From NCBI RefSeq assembly GCF_019084245.1, contig NZ_JAHRFE010000022.1: a stretch of DNA of 64,000 nt. One strand, given 5' to 3'. Of this stretch, positions 36,784-47,015 are shown one piece after another. Within the stretch, counting starts at the first letter, position 1, and each line of letters opens with the position of its first letter. The notes beneath the pieces are model-generated. The model saw nothing but the letters and a program-made list of their open reading frames with translations, did no database searches and was not told where the DNA came from. This stretch comes from Hoeflea sp. GTDB taxonomy: Bacteria; Pseudomonadota; Alphaproteobacteria; Rhizobiales; Rhizobiaceae. The translations under genes and the position numbers were made by a program.

Positions 36784-37155
36784 ATGAAACTTCTCAAACT
36801 GAGCGCCGCACTGCTTTTCACTGCATTCATCAGCGCAACCGGAGCCGCGGCGCAGACCGGGGCGGAATGCGTTTTCACCATTCACAACGACACCAATGAA
36901 AACACGCTGACCGGCTTCTACACCAGCGAAGACGATGGCGGCACCTGGAGCGACAATTGGCTCAGCCGCAAAATGGCGCCCGGCCAATCCGCCAAGGCCG
37001 AGTTCACCGCCGACACCTGCGCCTGCGAGCAGGTTTTCCAGGCCGGATGGCTTGCTGAGGACAATTCAAGCGAGGTCCTGGATGACCCTCACACCATCGA
37101 CATCTGCGAAGCCAGCAATGTCTATCTCGGCGACGACGAAGTCACTTTCGACTGA
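36784..37155 (+). CDS. secreted Cys-containing hypothetical protein
   Basis: signal peptide MKLLKLSAALLFTAFISATGAAA. Confidence 0.7.
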   Translation: MKLLKLSAALLFTAFISATGAAAQTGAECVFTIHNDTNENTLTGFYTSEDDGGTWSDNWLSRKMAPGQSAKAEFTADTCACEQVFQAGWLAEDNSSEVLDDPHTIDICEASNVYLGDDEVTFD

Positions 37156-37270
37156 GCCGGAAACCCCAGTTTCAACGACCTGAAGATGCGGCGCGGAACC
37201 AAAGGGTCCCGCGCCGTAAATTTGTGAGGCATGTACTCGCGGACCGACAGGCGTCGCATCCGCGCCCGGA

Positions 37271-37567
37271 CTATCGAAACAGCGCCGGGCCCTGCTCGTC
37301 GATGATCTGCCGCGCCTTGCGCAATGTCGCCGCTTCCACCTCGTCCTTGCTTGAAAAGATGTCGGCGCGGATGAACTTGTGTTCCCTGGCGCTCTCGCCC
37401 TCGCCCTTGACGATGCGCCCCGCAACCCGCCACTGACCGCCTTCGGCCATCGGCTCGGCGTAGATCAGGCAATCCTTGTAGCTATCCGGTTCATTGGCGG
37501 GTTGCGGCTGACGCGAAGCTCCATTGCCACCAAAAAGATTGCGGATGCTGTCCAAAATTCCTGCCAT
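37271..37567 (-). CDS. HlyU-family protein
   Basis: P..EGGQWR.AG.I.K......H.FIRAD...S......KA..IIDEQG..LF. Confidence 0.8.
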   Translation of the reverse strand: MAGILDSIRNLFGGNGASRQPQPANEPDSYKDCLIYAEPMAEGGQWRVAGRIVKGEGESAREHKFIRADIFSSKDEVEAATLRKARQIIDEQGPALFR

Positions 37568-37897
37568 GACCTGCTCCTTGCTTTCACTGTCACCTGGTTC
37601 CAGACCGCTGCCGTCAAGCCGGAAATGACGGAACCTGCCCGGTCTCTGATCGCACATGCGGGTTCCGCGCGGGACGGATCGGTAGATCTGTTTTAGGTCA
37701 TCGGCAAGGACAAAGTCCATGAATGACCAACGCGTTTCTGCGCTGCTGCATCCGATTTCATCGCATCATCCCGGCAGCCGAGAGCCGCTCGGATTCACCC
37801 GGCTTTAACCGCGTCCGACTTTTCGGGCCGTCATTAGTGTTTTGATTACAACCTGTTGCCACACTTGCCGTCCTGACAGCCAGGGAGGCGAACGGAC

Positions 37898-38215
37898 ATG
37901 AAGAACTATATCGGCCGCGCGCTCAAACGCGACAGAACCAGGGTTCGCGCCAAGATCGACTGCATGGGTCAGAAAACTCATGGCGCGGTGCTTGATCTCT
38001 CGCAGCATGGCATCTGCCTGTATCTGTCGGTCGACATCCCCGTAGGGCGTGGCGACAAGATCACGGTTGAAACCGAAGAGATGGGGCTTCTGATCGGCAC
38101 CGTCCGCTGGATCAGGCGTCCGCGCGTTGGTGCCGAGCTGGTGCTGACGTCGAACAACCGCGCCAAGGTCGAAAGCTACTACCGCATGTTCAGGGACGAG
38201 CGCCTGCCCGCCTGA
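37898..38215 (+). CDS. PilZ domain protein
   Basis: R..R motif, DLSQHG, GGAGG RBS. Confidence 0.8.
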   Translation: MKNYIGRALKRDRTRVRAKIDCMGQKTHGAVLDLSQHGICLYLSVDIPVGRGDKITVETEEMGLLIGTVRWIRRPRVGAELVLTSNNRAKVESYYRMFRDERLPA

Positions 38216-38353
38216 CGCGCCAGCGCGCATGCGCCCTCCGCTTGCTGCTCTGTGCGCCGCCTGACAGCCATTGCGCCTTGGCCTTGCCTGACCTAAGTTC
38301 GCGCCACGTCATCGAGAGGTGAGCGAAGCGACCCGGGACGGGAGGATATTGCC

Positions 38354-39346
38354 ATGGCAAAGCGGACATCGAGGACACGCAAGGTGCTGTATTTCATCGC
38401 GTTTTTGATCATCGCCGGCGGCCTGGCCTTTGCCTTCGGGCCACGTCCTGCTGTCGATACCTCTGTTGATTTTTCCGAAGCCACCCTCCCCGATGATCTC
38501 GACCAGTACCTCGCACAGTCGGAAGCCGGCTTTGAAGATCTGCGAGACGGCAGCGAGCGGCGGATTGTCTGGGCCTATCCGGCCTCCAAGGCCCGTACGC
38601 CCCTGGCCATCATCTATATCCACGGCTTTTCGGCCGGCCCCGGCGAAACCCGGCCCTTGTCGGATCTCATCGCCAGCCAACTTGGCGCAAACCTCTATTA
38701 TGCCCGCCTCGCCGGCCACGGACGCAGCGGCGACGCCATGCTCGACGGCTCGGTCCACGCCTGGGTCAACGATCTCGCCGAAGCTGTTGCCATCGGCCGC
38801 CGGCTCGGAGAACGCGTCGTCATCGTGGCGACCTCGACCGGGGCATCGCTCGCGACCTGGGCCGCCACCCAGCCGGACCTGATGCGCGACGTCGTCGGAC
38901 TGGTGCAGATTTCACCAAATTACGGCGTTCAGGCTGCAGGCTCCGGCCTGTTGACCATGCCCTGGGCCGAGAACCTGGTGCCGCTCATAGCGGGCCAGCG
39001 CCGCTCGTTCGAACCCATCAACGACCTGCACGCCACTCTTTGGACGCCAGAATATCCGAGCCTCGCGCTTCTGCCGATGGCGTCGCTGGTGCAACTGGCC
39101 AACGGAGTTGACGCGGCAAGAATTTCGGTCCCGTCGCTGTTCATCTTCTCGCCGCAGGATCAGGTCATCCGGCCCGAACTCGCCAAAGAAAAAGCTGAGA
39201 ACTGGGGCGGACCAGTTCAGACCATAGAGGTCACAGACAGCGATGATCCGAACAATCATGTCATCGCCGGCGATGCGCTGTCGCCTTCGACCACCGAGCG
39301 GCTGGCTGCGCAGACGGCGGAATGGATCGCCGGGCTTCAGCTCTGA
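38354..39346 (+). CDS. alpha/beta hydrolase
   Basis: IHGFSA, ATSTGAS nucleophile region, H near the C-terminus. Confidence 0.85.
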   Translation: MAKRTSRTRKVLYFIAFLIIAGGLAFAFGPRPAVDTSVDFSEATLPDDLDQYLAQSEAGFEDLRDGSERRIVWAYPASKARTPLAIIYIHGFSAGPGETRPLSDLIASQLGANLYYARLAGHGRSGDAMLDGSVHAWVNDLAEAVAIGRRLGERVVIVATSTGASLATWAATQPDLMRDVVGLVQISPNYGVQAAGSGLLTMPWAENLVPLIAGQRRSFEPINDLHATLWTPEYPSLALLPMASLVQLANGVDAARISVPSLFIFSPQDQVIRPELAKEKAENWGGPVQTIEVTDSDDPNNHVIAGDALSPSTTERLAAQTAEWIAGLQL

Positions 39347-39367
39347 TTTGCGGTCGGGACCCGGTCG

Positions 39368-40642
39368 TCAGATGATCAGGTTCGAGATGATCTCGTTGTC
39401 GGTGATATCCTGATAGCTCAGCCCCGCCTGATCGAACGCCGCGGTCAGGCGATTGAAATTTTCCGGCGCCTTGGTTTCGATACCGATCAGGATCGAGCCG
39501 AAATTGCGGGCTGATTTCTTCAGATACTCGAACCGGGCGATGTCGTCATCCGGGCCAAGCAGGTTGAGGAAATCCTTGAGCGCCCCCGGACGCTGGGCCA
39601 GCCGCAGAACGAAGTATTTCTTCGTTCCCGCATAGCGCATTGCCCGCTCCTTGACGTCGGGAAGCCGCTCGAAATCGAAATTCCCGCCCGAGACCACCGC
39701 CACCACGCTTTTGCCCTCAAGCCTCTCCGGCCCCAGCGCCTCCAGCACCGAGAGCGACAGGGCGCCCGCGGGCTCCAGTACGATGCCTTCGGTGTTGAGG
39801 ATCGTCGTCATGGTCAGGCAGATGGCGTTTTCCGGCACGATCTGGACCTGGTCGGCACGAAACCGCTTGAGGATCTCGAAATTCCGCATGCCGATTTCCG
39901 CCACGGCCGCGCCGTCCACAAAATTGTCGATCTTGGCGAGCTTGACCCTGTGCCCCGCCGCGAGACTCTGCTTGAGGCTCGGCGCGCCTGCGGGCTCCGT
40001 CAGCAGGAACCGGTCATCGTCGATCAGCCCCTCGAAATAACGCGCCATGCCCGCCGAGAGACCGCCGCCGCCCACCGGCAGCACGATCAGGTCGGGCGTC
40101 TCTCCCTCGGGCAACTGCGCAACGATTTCTGCCGCCACCGTCGCCTGCCCCTCAATGATGTCGTCATGATCGAAGGGCGGCGCCATCAGCGCTCCCTCTT
40201 CCACTGCAAATTCCTGTGCGGCCTGGTAGCAGGCGTCGAAATAATCCCCCGTCAGCCGGATCTCGATGAACTCGCCGCCAAACATCCGGGTCTTGTCGAT
40301 CTTCTGCTGCGGCGTCGTCACCGGCATGAACACCACACCCTTCTGCCCGAAATGCCGGCAGACATAGGCAAATCCCTGCGCATGATTGCCCGCCGAGGCG
40401 CAGACGAACAACGTTTTCTGTGACGTGTCTTTGAGCGCCTTGCGGATGAAATTGAAGGCGCCGCGGATCTTGTAGGACCTGACCGGCGACAGATCTTCCC
40501 GCTTGAGCCAGATGCGTGCGCCATAGCGCGTCGACAAGTGGTCATTGAGCTGCAAGGGCGTCGCTGCGAACAGCGCCCGCATCTCGCCAAGCGCATCGTC
40601 GGCGGAAGCCCGGAATTGATCAGGTGATTGTTTTTCGCTCAT
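39368..40642 (-). CDS. ilvA: threonine dehydratase
   Basis: KREDLSPVRSYKIRGA, SAGNHAQG, VGGGG, ACT-like C-terminus. Confidence 0.95.
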   Translation of the reverse strand: MSEKQSPDQFRASADDALGEMRALFAATPLQLNDHLSTRYGARIWLKREDLSPVRSYKIRGAFNFIRKALKDTSQKTLFVCASAGNHAQGFAYVCRHFGQKGVVFMPVTTPQQKIDKTRMFGGEFIEIRLTGDYFDACYQAAQEFAVEEGALMAPPFDHDDIIEGQATVAAEIVAQLPEGETPDLIVLPVGGGGLSAGMARYFEGLIDDDRFLLTEPAGAPSLKQSLAAGHRVKLAKIDNFVDGAAVAEIGMRNFEILKRFRADQVQIVPENAICLTMTTILNTEGIVLEPAGALSLSVLEALGPERLEGKSVVAVVSGGNFDFERLPDVKERAMRYAGTKKYFVLRLAQRPGALKDFLNLLGPDDDIARFEYLKKSARNFGSILIGIETKAPENFNRLTAAFDQAGLSYQDITDNEIISNLII

Positions 40643-40717
40643 CGCCGGTCTATGCCACGGGAACCCGCCGGTTGCGAGTCCGAACCGGTTTTCACGGGGT
40701 ATCAGGGGATAGCGGCT

Positions 40718-42175
40718 TTGCACGGCCAGACAATCCGATCCGCAGTGTACGTCGCTTCCATGGCGGGACTGTATCTTTCTGTTGCCATGCTTGTGCCAGC
40801 GGCGGTGGATTTCTATTACGGCAATCCCGACTGGCAGGTTTTCACGGTCTCGGCCTTCTCGGTCGGCGCGATCTGCCTTGCGTCCGCCACGGCGCACCGG
40901 GGCGCCAATGCGCCCTTCTCGCGGCGCCTGGGCTTTCTGGTGGTCAACCTCCTGTGGCTCACGCTGTCGATCACCGGCGCCGTCCCGCTTTACCTGTCGG
41001 GTCTCGGGCTCGATGTTGCCGACGCGCTATTTGAATCCGTGTCAGCCGTCACCACCACCGGGTCGACGGTCATTTCCGGCCTCGATTCGGCTCCTCCCGG
41101 CCTGCTCCTGTGGCGGTCGATGCTGCAGTGGTTCGGCGGAATCGGCATTGTCGCCATGGGGCTTCTCGTGCTGCCGTTCCTCAAGGTCGGCGGCTTCACC
41201 GTGTTCAAGATGGAATCCTCCGACACCTCGGAAAAGCCCTTCGCCCGCTTTGCCGTCTTCGTCCGCGCCTTCTTCGCCATCTATATCGGGCTGACCGTGA
41301 TCTGCGCCATTCTCTACAATGTGCTGGGGATGAGCGAATTCGACGCCGTCAACCATGCCATGACCACGCTTGCGACCGGCGGCTTTTCCACCCACGACGC
41401 CTCCTTCGGCGCCTTCCAGTCGTCGCCGGCGCTGATCTGGACCGGGACCATCTTCATGGCGATCGCAGGGATGCCCTTCTCGGTGCTGATCCTGTTTGCC
41501 GTGCGCGGCCGGCTCGACGCCCTGCGTGATCCGCAGATCTTCGCCTATGCCGGCATGATCGGAGTGCTCGCCATCGTCATCGCGCTCAGCCTGCGGCTTG
41601 GCCAGGGCGAGAGTTTCGGCTATGCGCTGACCCACGCCGCTTTCAACATAGTCTCAATCGTCACCACGACCGGCTATGCCAGCACCGACTACACGCTGTG
41701 GGGACCGTTCGCCATCGTGCTGTTTTTCATGGCGACCTTTCTGGGCGGCTGTTCCGGCTCGACATCCGGCGGCATCAAGGCCTACCGGCTGGTGATCATC
41801 GCGAGTTCGATCCGCTCCGGCCTGATGCGGCTGATCTATCCCAACAGCGTCCGCCCGGTCCGCTACGGCACGGTCGCGGTCGAGCCGGAAATGCAGCGCA
41901 CTGTGTTCCTGTTCGTCTGCGCCTATCTCGGCATCTGGGCGCTCGGCGCGATCGCCCTTGCCGCAACCGGCCTCGATGTGGAAACCGCAGTCTCCGGCTC
42001 GATCACGGCGCTTGCCAATGTCGGCCCCGGCATCGGGCCGGTGATCGGGCCGGCAGGCAATTTCAGCACGGTCGGAGATCCGGCCAAGCTGATCATGGTC
42101 TTTCTGATGCTGCTGGGCCGCCTGGAAATACTTGCGGTGCTGGTGTTGCTGATGCCCGCATTCTGGCGCGAGTGA
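40718..42175 (+). CDS. trkH: TrkH potassium uptake membrane protein
   Basis: FESVSA.TTTG, TGGFS, GGCSGST.GG.K, NVGPG. Confidence 0.92.
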   Translation: MHGQTIRSAVYVASMAGLYLSVAMLVPAAVDFYYGNPDWQVFTVSAFSVGAICLASATAHRGANAPFSRRLGFLVVNLLWLTLSITGAVPLYLSGLGLDVADALFESVSAVTTTGSTVISGLDSAPPGLLLWRSMLQWFGGIGIVAMGLLVLPFLKVGGFTVFKMESSDTSEKPFARFAVFVRAFFAIYIGLTVICAILYNVLGMSEFDAVNHAMTTLATGGFSTHDASFGAFQSSPALIWTGTIFMAIAGMPFSVLILFAVRGRLDALRDPQIFAYAGMIGVLAIVIALSLRLGQGESFGYALTHAAFNIVSIVTTTGYASTDYTLWGPFAIVLFFMATFLGGCSGSTSGGIKAYRLVIIASSIRSGLMRLIYPNSVRPVRYGTVAVEPEMQRTVFLFVCAYLGIWALGAIALAATGLDVETAVSGSITALANVGPGIGPVIGPAGNFSTVGDPAKLIMVFLMLLGRLEILAVLVLLMPAFWRE

Positions 42176-42264
42176 GGATCGCGACTATAGTATTATAATG
42201 AACTACATTATCCATCGGTTAACCAAAACCTGTTCTCCTTCGAAGATACGGAGGATCAGATCGA

Positions 42265-43761
42265 ATGCACGCTTTGCAGGTATCATTTCCCGACAGGTCG
42301 GATGATCTGCCGGACGCCGGACCAGTGGATGCTCGCGCCGCACCGACGCAGGACCAGGCTGGACTCGAGCGGGCCATGAACGTGATCGGCTCGCAGATTG
42401 GCGAATTGTCGGTCAATATCGCCGACACCAGCGGCATGATCGGCGATGTCTCGGGCTCCATGTCACGGCAGGCCGAGGAGTTTCATGCGCTCACCCGCGA
42501 CATCTCGATGATCGCCCGGTCGAATGAGACCGTCGCCGAAGCCTCGAACGGCGCGATCGTCGCCGCCAAATCCACCCAGGCAGGCCTCGACACCACCACC
42601 AAGAGCGTCAACGGCATCCTCGTCAATGCGGTCTCCGACATCAAGTCGATGGCGCAGAACGCCACCGAGATCACCGTCGTGCTGAATTCGGTCTCGGGCC
42701 AGATCCGGGAAATCCACTCCTTCTCGGAGGCCATCCAGGGGATCGCCACCCAGACCCAGTTGCTGGCCGTCAACGCCGGGATCATGGCGGCGCATGCGGG
42801 CGAAGCCGGCCGCGGCTTCGCCGTCGTCGCCGACGCCGTCAAGCAGCTCGCCGACAAGACCGGCAATGTCTCGCGCGACATGGTCTCCCGGCTGCAGGCG
42901 CTGCGCGGCATTGTCGACAAGCTGCAGAAGCAGAACGCCGACAATGAAGCCGTCGCCACCGCCGCCTATCAGCGCTCGACCGAGATCGACGAGGAACTGA
43001 AGAAATTCACCGGCTTCAGCCAGAGCGTCGCCGGCATGATCACCGAGATCGAGCGCATCAGCGCTCCGGTCGAGGAAACCACAAGGGTCTGCTCGACAGT
43101 GCTCGCCAAGGTCTCCGATCTCGACACCCAGGTCCACCACAGCGCCAAAATGCTGACCTCCGCCAGCGCCAAGATCGACCGGCTGGTCTCGTTTTCGGAA
43201 AATGTCATCGGCGAAGTCGCCCAGAGCGGGATCGAGACCGAAGACACGCCGCTGATCCGGCAATGCATCGCCAAGGCAGGCGAGGTCGGCGCCCTGTTCG
43301 AACACGCCATTCAAACCGGCGCGTTGTCGATGGCGGACCTTTTTGACGAAAACTATCAGCCTCTGCCGGGCACCGATCCGCAGCAGCACGTGACCCGCTT
43401 TACCCGCCACACCGACCGCCTGCTGCCGCCAATCCAGGAAGCCATGCTCAGCTTCGATCCGCGCGTGACCTTCTGCGCCGCCGTCGACCGCAACGGCTAT
43501 CTGCCGACCCACAACCACATCTTCTCGCAGCCGCAGAGTTCCGATCCGGTGTGGAACGCCGGCAATTGCCGCAACCGCCGCATCTTCAATGACCGAACCG
43601 GGCTCTCCGCCGGGCGCAACCGGAAACCCTTCCTGCTGCAGACCTATCGCCGCGACATGGGCGGCGGCAATTATTCCCTGATGAAGGACCTCTCCGCCCC
43701 GATCCTCGTCGACGGCCGCCACTGGGGCGGCCTGCGCATAGGCTTCAAGATCAGCGTTTGA
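42265..43761 (+). CDS. soluble methyl-accepting chemotaxis protein with C-terminal sensor-like domain
   Basis: IATQTQLLAVNA..AA.AGEAGRGFAVVA; no TM segments; C-terminal D.NGY.PTHN...RHWG domain. Confidence 0.88.
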   Translation: MHALQVSFPDRSDDLPDAGPVDARAAPTQDQAGLERAMNVIGSQIGELSVNIADTSGMIGDVSGSMSRQAEEFHALTRDISMIARSNETVAEASNGAIVAAKSTQAGLDTTTKSVNGILVNAVSDIKSMAQNATEITVVLNSVSGQIREIHSFSEAIQGIATQTQLLAVNAGIMAAHAGEAGRGFAVVADAVKQLADKTGNVSRDMVSRLQALRGIVDKLQKQNADNEAVATAAYQRSTEIDEELKKFTGFSQSVAGMITEIERISAPVEETTRVCSTVLAKVSDLDTQVHHSAKMLTSASAKIDRLVSFSENVIGEVAQSGIETEDTPLIRQCIAKAGEVGALFEHAIQTGALSMADLFDENYQPLPGTDPQQHVTRFTRHTDRLLPPIQEAMLSFDPRVTFCAAVDRNGYLPTHNHIFSQPQSSDPVWNAGNCRNRRIFNDRTGLSAGRNRKPFLLQTYRRDMGGGNYSLMKDLSAPILVDGRHWGGLRIGFKISV

Positions 43762-43770
43762 GGATCGCCG

Positions 43771-44394
43771 TCAGCCTTTCGGCGCCACTGCCTTTTGCAG
43801 CGACCTCACATCGTCCGGCGTATCGAGGTCGATGAAATAGGCCGGATCTGTAAACTCAACACGGTTGACCATTTCCGGATGATCCAGTGTAAACCGCCGG
43901 CATCCGGGATTGGCTTTATCGGCCATCAGGGACGGCTTCAGCGCCAGGGGGATGACCAGCGGATTGCCGCGGTCAGCACCGTTGACCGGGATCGTGATGC
44001 GGGTTTGATCGCCAGCGCGGTGCGCCTCCAGAAGCCTTTCCAGCGCAGCGCAATCCAGAAGCGGTTGATCGCCCAGAACTACAAGCGTTGCACGCGCCTC
44101 CGGCGCTGCCATCAGCCCGGCGACCACGGAGCCCGCCTGCCCTGAAGCAAAGTCCGGATTGTGCACGAACCGCACATCAAGCCCATCCAAAGCTTCCTTA
44201 ATCTCGTGAGCCTGATGGCCGGTCACAACCGTCACCGGCGCATCGCAGAACTCGGCACAGGCTGAAACCGTCGCGCGAATCATCGGGATGCCGTTGATTT
44301 CGATAAGCAGTTTGTTGACCGCGCCCATGCGGCGCGACAGACCTGCCGCCAGAACGATTGCCGCAGTGTCATACATCCCATCCATCCTCGCCAC
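43771..44394 (-). CDS. molybdopterin nucleotidyltransferase family (MocA-like)
   Basis: LAAGLSRRMG..NKLL, LGDQP, DLDTPDD. Confidence 0.88.
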   Translation of the reverse strand: MARMDGMYDTAAIVLAAGLSRRMGAVNKLLIEINGIPMIRATVSACAEFCDAPVTVVTGHQAHEIKEALDGLDVRFVHNPDFASGQAGSVVAGLMAAPEARATLVVLGDQPLLDCAALERLLEAHRAGDQTRITIPVNGADRGNPLVIPLALKPSLMADKANPGCRRFTLDHPEMVNRVEFTDPAYFIDLDTPDDVRSLQKAVAPKG

Positions 44395-44453
44395 CCTGGC
44401 GGCGCCCGCGTCATCTGGTGCGGTGTCCGCTGGGCGACATTACCGAACCGGTT

Positions 44454-44990
44454 TCAAAAAGCATCGCGCAAGCGGCCGACCCAGCCTTTCTTGACCGCGG
44501 CTTCCTCGCCTGGCGTGACTTCCGCGCCTGGCGTGTCTTCCGCGACAGGCTGCGGACCGACAATCTCGCTGAACTTCGCAAAGAAATCGCCGGCCAGCTT
44601 CTTCGCCGTTCCATCGATCAACCTGCTTCCGAGCTGGGCGATCTTGCCACCGATTTCGGCCGAAACGGTGTAGTTGAGCACTGTCGCATCGCCATCGGGC
44701 TCCAGTACGACGTTGGCGCCGCCCTTGGCAAAGCCCGCCATGCCGCCCGATCCTTCACCACTGATCCTGTACCCGTTCGGCGGATCCAGATCCGACAGCG
44801 TCACCTTGCCGGTGAAGCTCGCCTTGACCGGGCCGACGCGCAACGTCACCTTGGCGTCCATCTCGGTATCTGAGGTTTTCTCGATCGACTCGCAACCGGG
44901 AATGCACTGGCGCAGGACGTCTACGTCGTTCAACGCGGCGTAGACCCGCTCGCGGGAAGCCTCGATGCGCTGGGATCCATTCATTTCCAT
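44454..44990 (-). CDS. coxG: CoxG membrane anchor (SRPBCC)
   Basis: CIPGCES, GKIAQLGSRLI. Confidence 0.9.
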   Translation of the reverse strand: MEMNGSQRIEASRERVYAALNDVDVLRQCIPGCESIEKTSDTEMDAKVTLRVGPVKASFTGKVTLSDLDPPNGYRISGEGSGGMAGFAKGGANVVLEPDGDATVLNYTVSAEIGGKIAQLGSRLIDGTAKKLAGDFFAKFSEIVGPQPVAEDTPGAEVTPGEEAAVKKGWVGRLRDAF

Positions 44991-45005
44991 CTTGGTATGT
45001 CCTTG

Positions 45006-45830
45006 TCAGAGTGTACGTTGGCCGCGGCGGCGGATCTCGATCATTTCCGCAACAATCGAAAACGCGATTTCGTCCGGTGTGATGGCGCCGAGATCCAGAC
45101 CCGCCGGCGCATGGATGGTTTCAAGTTGTGCCGGGGGGATGCCGGACTCTACCAGATCGGCCTTGAGCGCGGCAGCCTTCTTGCGGGAGCCGACAAAGGC
45201 GAGATATTTGGAGGGCGCTTGCACGGCGGCTTTGAGCGCAACGCTGTCGCCGCGGCCCTGGGTGGCGATCACCACGTAATCCCGCTCGCTTCCATCCGCC
45301 GGGACCGCATAGCCGTCGATCAGCCGGTCGGTTTCGCCAAAGCTGGCGTGGTCGGCTGAAGGCGCGCAGATGGTGACGAAAAATCCCATGCGCCGGGCAA
45401 GATCCGCCAGAGCAACGGCCACCGGCGAAGCGCCGCAGATCAACAGGTTGGGTCTGGGCAGGACCGGCTCCACGAACACGTCCATGGTTCCTTGGCTGGG
45501 GCACATGTTCTTGGCGTAGATGACGCCTTCGCGCACTTCGCCGGCCTTGACCTGATGCTCCGACAATTGATCGTCGGGCTGGATGCTCACAAGCCGCGAC
45601 TGTCCGTCGGCAAGCGCCTCCCGTGCAGCCTTGAGCACGGCGCCCCGGGCGCATCCGCCACCGATCCATCCTTCGGTGATGCTCCCGTCTGAAAGGATCA
45701 CAGCCTTTGCGCCGGCCTTTGCCGCGGTCACCGACACCGTGCGCACGACGGTCGCCAGCGCGAACGGCTCGCCCTTGGATTTGTAGTCATTCATCAGATC
45801 CAGAATATCGGCCGGTTGCGGCATGATCAT
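45006..45830 (-). CDS. coxF: CoxF / XdhC-family accessory protein
   Basis: GWIGGGC, CPSQG, VGSRKK, GLDLGA.TPDEIA. Confidence 0.9.
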   Translation of the reverse strand: MIMPQPADILDLMNDYKSKGEPFALATVVRTVSVTAAKAGAKAVILSDGSITEGWIGGGCARGAVLKAAREALADGQSRLVSIQPDDQLSEHQVKAGEVREGVIYAKNMCPSQGTMDVFVEPVLPRPNLLICGASPVAVALADLARRMGFFVTICAPSADHASFGETDRLIDGYAVPADGSERDYVVIATQGRGDSVALKAAVQAPSKYLAFVGSRKKAAALKADLVESGIPPAQLETIHAPAGLDLGAITPDEIAFSIVAEMIEIRRRGQRTL

Positions 45831-47014
45831 ATCCTCGCCAGATAGGGTTCAAGGGATTTGAGGCTTTCCAGATTGTGCGCCGGGGCGAACAGATCGATGT
45901 AGGGAAGTGCGGCCTTCATGCCGGCGGCTTCCGGCGCGTAGCCCTGCCAGCCGATCATCGGATTGAGCCAGGCAATGCGGCGGCAGCGGCGGCGCAAGGC
46001 CTGCATCTCGACGCCCAGATTTTCCGCCGGGCCGGTGTCATAGCCGTCCGAGACGATCATCACGCAGGTGCGCGAATGGATGCAGCGCTTGGCATGCCAG
46101 CGGTTGAACGTGGCAAGGCTTTCGCCGATCCGCGTACCGCCGCCGGTTCCCTGCGCCAGCAGCGACATGCGCTCCATGGCGCGTTGCGGATCGCGCTCTT
46201 TGAGCGCCGGCGAGATATGGATCAGGCGGGTGTGGAACACAAAGGCCTCGGCCTCGCGAAAGCTGTCGAGCACGCCATGCATGAACCGCAGGAAAACGGC
46301 CGAATAGAGGTTCATCGAACCCGATGCATCAAGCAGCACGACAAGCCGCAGCGGCTTGTCCTTGCGTTTGCGCCGGATCAGCTCCAGCGGCGTGCCGCCA
46401 TGGGCTATGCTCTTGTGGATCGTTCGCCTGAGGTCCAGCCGCTGGCCGGAGCGACGGGCATGCATCCTGCGCGTCAGCCGCGCGCGCATGCTCTTGGCAA
46501 GCCGTTCGGCAAGTTCGTGCGCGGCCGCCAGATCCTCGGGCTGGGTCAGGTGGCGGAAATCCGTTCGCGACAGGATCTCGGTTTTTGACGCCCCTTCGCG
46601 CTTGGACCGGCCGGTCTCGGAGACTTCACTTCCCTCCCCGCGCTCGACATGGTCGGCGTGATCGCTTTCGCCAAAGCCGCGCTGGCCCGCCGATAAGGTT
46701 TGCAGCCCGGACGGGGATTTCTGCGGCGCGCCGGAGATGCGCGTCGCCGACTTCATGCCGCGGCTCAGCCAATAGGCATCGAAGATCTCGTCGAATTTCT
46801 GCCAATCGGATTGCCGGCTGCACAACAGCGCTTTCAGGCTTGGCCGCAATCGCGAGGGGCGGATCGCATCGCCGCTGCTCATGATCGTCAGGGCATCGCG
46901 GGTTTCAGCCAGGCCGACAACAAATCCGTTATCGCGCAGGATCCGGGAAAAGCCGTTGAGCTTCGTCCGGGCGCCTGCCCCCAGCGGGTTTTCCGATGCC
47001 TGCGCCATGCTCAT
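45827..47014 (-). CDS. coxE: CoxE vWA-domain protein
   Basis: LLDASGSM, GGGTRIG, SDGYD, WLNP. Confidence 0.92.
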   Translation of the reverse strand: MSMAQASENPLGAGARTKLNGFSRILRDNGFVVGLAETRDALTIMSSGDAIRPSRLRPSLKALLCSRQSDWQKFDEIFDAYWLSRGMKSATRISGAPQKSPSGLQTLSAGQRGFGESDHADHVERGEGSEVSETGRSKREGASKTEILSRTDFRHLTQPEDLAAAHELAERLAKSMRARLTRRMHARRSGQRLDLRRTIHKSIAHGGTPLELIRRKRKDKPLRLVVLLDASGSMNLYSAVFLRFMHGVLDSFREAEAFVFHTRLIHISPALKERDPQRAMERMSLLAQGTGGGTRIGESLATFNRWHAKRCIHSRTCVMIVSDGYDTGPAENLGVEMQALRRRCRRIAWLNPMIGWQGYAPEAAGMKAALPYIDLFAPAHNLESLKSLEPYLARI

Positions 47015-47015
47015 C

